Shown here in pieces: positions 6,443-7,904 of a stretch of 7,904 bases of DNA. The DNA lies in IMG/VR virus record IMGVR_UViG_2531839127_000025, one strand, 5' to 3'. Both the position numbers and the translations under genes were made by a program. Under the pieces are notes generated by a model. It was given only the letters and a program-made list of their open reading frames with translations, was not told the origin of the DNA and ran no database searches. The DNA comes from a virus. Taxonomy: Duplodnaviria > Heunggongvirae > Uroviricota > Caudoviricetes. Numbering within the stretch: the stretch's first letter is position 1; the number at the start of each line of letters is the position of its first letter.

Positions 6443-7605
6443 TGCTGGATGCACTGACATTTGATGCAGGCAGTACGCTGACGCCGGATTACATGCTGAT
6501 GCTCGACAGCAGGGATATTACCGGCAATATCAGCGACCGTCTGATGAGTATGACCCTGACGGATAACCGGGGTTTTGAGGCTGACCAGCTTGATATTGAA
6601 CTGAACGATGCCGACGGGCAGGTCGGGCTGCCGGTTCGTGGCGCTGTCCTGACGGTGTATATCGGCTGGAAAGGTTTTGCCCTGGTATGCAAAGGGAAAT
6701 TCACCGTTGATGAGGTAGAACACCGGGGCGCGCCGGATGTGGTCACCATCCGCGCCCGGAGTGCAGATTTTCGCGGGACGCTCAATTCCCGCCGTGAAGG
6801 CTCCTGGCATGACACCACGCTCGGTGCGATTGTTGAGGCGATAGCCTCCCGTAACAGGCTGGAAGCCAGTGTCGCGCCGTCACTGGCCGGAATTAAAATC
6901 CCGCACATCGACCAGTCGCAGGAGTCTGATGCAAAATTCCTGACCCGCCTTGCTGAACGCAACGGCGGTGAGGTGTCGGTAAAAATGGGAAAACTGTTGT
7001 TTCTCAAAGCGGGGCAGGGGGTGACGGCCAGCGGTAAAAAAATCCCGCAGGTCACCATCACCCGCAGCGACGGCGACCGTCATCATTTTGCGATTGCTGA
7101 TCGTGGAGCCTACACCGGCGTAACGGCAAAGTGGTTACACACCAAAGACCCGAAGCCGCAAAAGCAGAAGGTAAAACTGAAACGCAAAAAGAAAGAGAAA
7201 CACCTGCGCGCACTGGAGCACCCGAAAGCAAAACCGGTCACGCAGAAGAAAGCGCCAAAAGTACCGGAAGCGCGCGAAGGTGAATACATGGCCGGTGAAG
7301 CTGACAACGTTTTTGCCCTGACCACGGTATATGCCACAAAAGCGCAGGCTATGCGCGCCGCTCAGGCGAAGTGGGACAAACTGCAACGGGGCGTTGCGGA
7401 GTTCTCCATCAGCCTGGCTACTGGTCGGGCAGATATTTACACGGAAACGCCGGTCAAAGTGTCAGGCTTTAAGCGCGTCATAGACGAGCAGGACTGGACA
7501 ATCACTAAGGTGACACATTTTCTGAATAATAGCGGCTTCACGACGTCCCTGGAGCTTGAGGTCAGGCTTTCTGATGTGGAGTACGAAACAGAAGATGATG
7601 AGTGA
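6442..7605 (+). CDS. D: Tail protein D (P2 gpD-like)
   Basis: 387-aa ORF translationally coupled to U. Contains a Lys-rich basic segment (KDPKPQKQKVKLKRKKKEKHLRALEHPKAKP...) encoded at about 7140-7270. Last gene of the F operon in P2 gene order. Confidence 0.88.
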   Translation: MLDALTFDAGSTLTPDYMLMLDSRDITGNISDRLMSMTLTDNRGFEADQLDIELNDADGQVGLPVRGAVLTVYIGWKGFALVCKGKFTVDEVEHRGAPDVVTIRARSADFRGTLNSRREGSWHDTTLGAIVEAIASRNRLEASVAPSLAGIKIPHIDQSQESDAKFLTRLAERNGGEVSVKMGKLLFLKAGQGVTASGKKIPQVTITRSDGDRHHFAIADRGAYTGVTAKWLHTKDPKPQKQKVKLKRKKKEKHLRALEHPKAKPVTQKKAPKVPEAREGEYMAGEADNVFALTTVYATKAQAMRAAQAKWDKLQRGVAEFSISLATGRADIYTETPVKVSGFKRVIDEQDWTITKVTHFLNNSGFTTSLELEVRLSDVEYETEDDE

Positions 7606-7609
7606 TGTT

Positions 7610-7685
7610 TTATTTTATCTATTTGTTTTGTAAGGATAAATTAACTAAAATGGCACCATCAACAAAACCGGAAGAGGTGCTCGCG
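7610..7685 (+). promoter_or_regulatory. AT-rich intergenic region likely holding the ogr promoter and ribosome-binding site
   Basis: AT-rich stretch between the D stop and the ogr ATG, with TTGTTT/TTGTAA and TAAATT/TAAAAT hexamers and a GGAAGAGGTG purine tract 6-15 nt before the ATG at 7686. Exact -35/-10 not assignable by eye. Confidence 0.3.
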
Positions 7686-7904
7686 ATGTTTCATTGTCCT
7701 TTATGCCAGCATGCCGCACATGCGCGTACAAGCCGCTATATCACTGACACGACAAAAGAGCGTTATCACCAGTGTCAGAACGTGAATTGCAGCGCCACGT
7801 TCATCACTTATGAGTCGGTACAGCGATATATCGTGAAGCCGGGAGAAGTCCACGCCGTAAGGCCGCACCCGTTGCCATCAGGGCAGCAAATTATGTGGAT
7901 GTAA
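7686..7904 (+). CDS. ogr: Late-gene transcriptional activator Ogr (Cys4 zinc-finger, Ogr/Delta family)
   Basis: 72-aa product MFHCPLCQHAAHARTSRYITDTTKERYHQCQNVNCSATF... with a CxxC-N22-CxxxxC zinc-finger arrangement, matching Ogr as I recall it. Follows gene D as in P2. The stop codon is the last three bases of the window. Confidence 0.9.
   Translation: MFHCPLCQHAAHARTSRYITDTTKERYHQCQNVNCSATFITYESVQRYIVKPGEVHAVRPHPLPSGQQIMWM

Noticed and set aside
6352-7386. Minus-strand ORFs antisense to U/D (6352..6810, 6489..7061, 6880..7086, 7110..7337, 7135..7386)
   Set aside because: Antisense to a conserved tail gene; the two at 7110-7386 simply mirror the lysine-codon-rich linker of D.
1-7904. CRISPR arrays, tRNA or rRNA genes
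   Set aside because: No regularly spaced direct repeats and no tRNA-like or rRNA-like sequence seen; the window is almost entirely protein-coding.

Overview
This window is the distal late (tail) region of a P2-like myovirus prophage of an enterobacterial host. Reading left to right on the + strand: the last 28 codons of a tail-fibre assembly protein (1-87); a low-GC, minus-strand silent tail-fibre cassette (56-595) bounded on its right by a 26-bp invertase crossover site (570-595); a Pin/Gin/Cin-family serine DNA invertase (650-1243); then the conserved P2 F-operon: tail sheath FI, tail tube FII, the chaperone pair E and E+E' (made by a -1 frameshift at T TTT TTG, 3329-3335), tape measure T, tail proteins U and D, and the zinc-finger late activator Ogr at the window end. 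The most interesting part is the left ~650 bp, an invertible tail-fibre (host-range) switch whose silent cassette carries an atypically small partner ORF; the second crossover site must lie upstream of the window. No rRNA, tRNA or CRISPR array is visible. All homology statements rest on recalled protein families and motifs, not on a database search.
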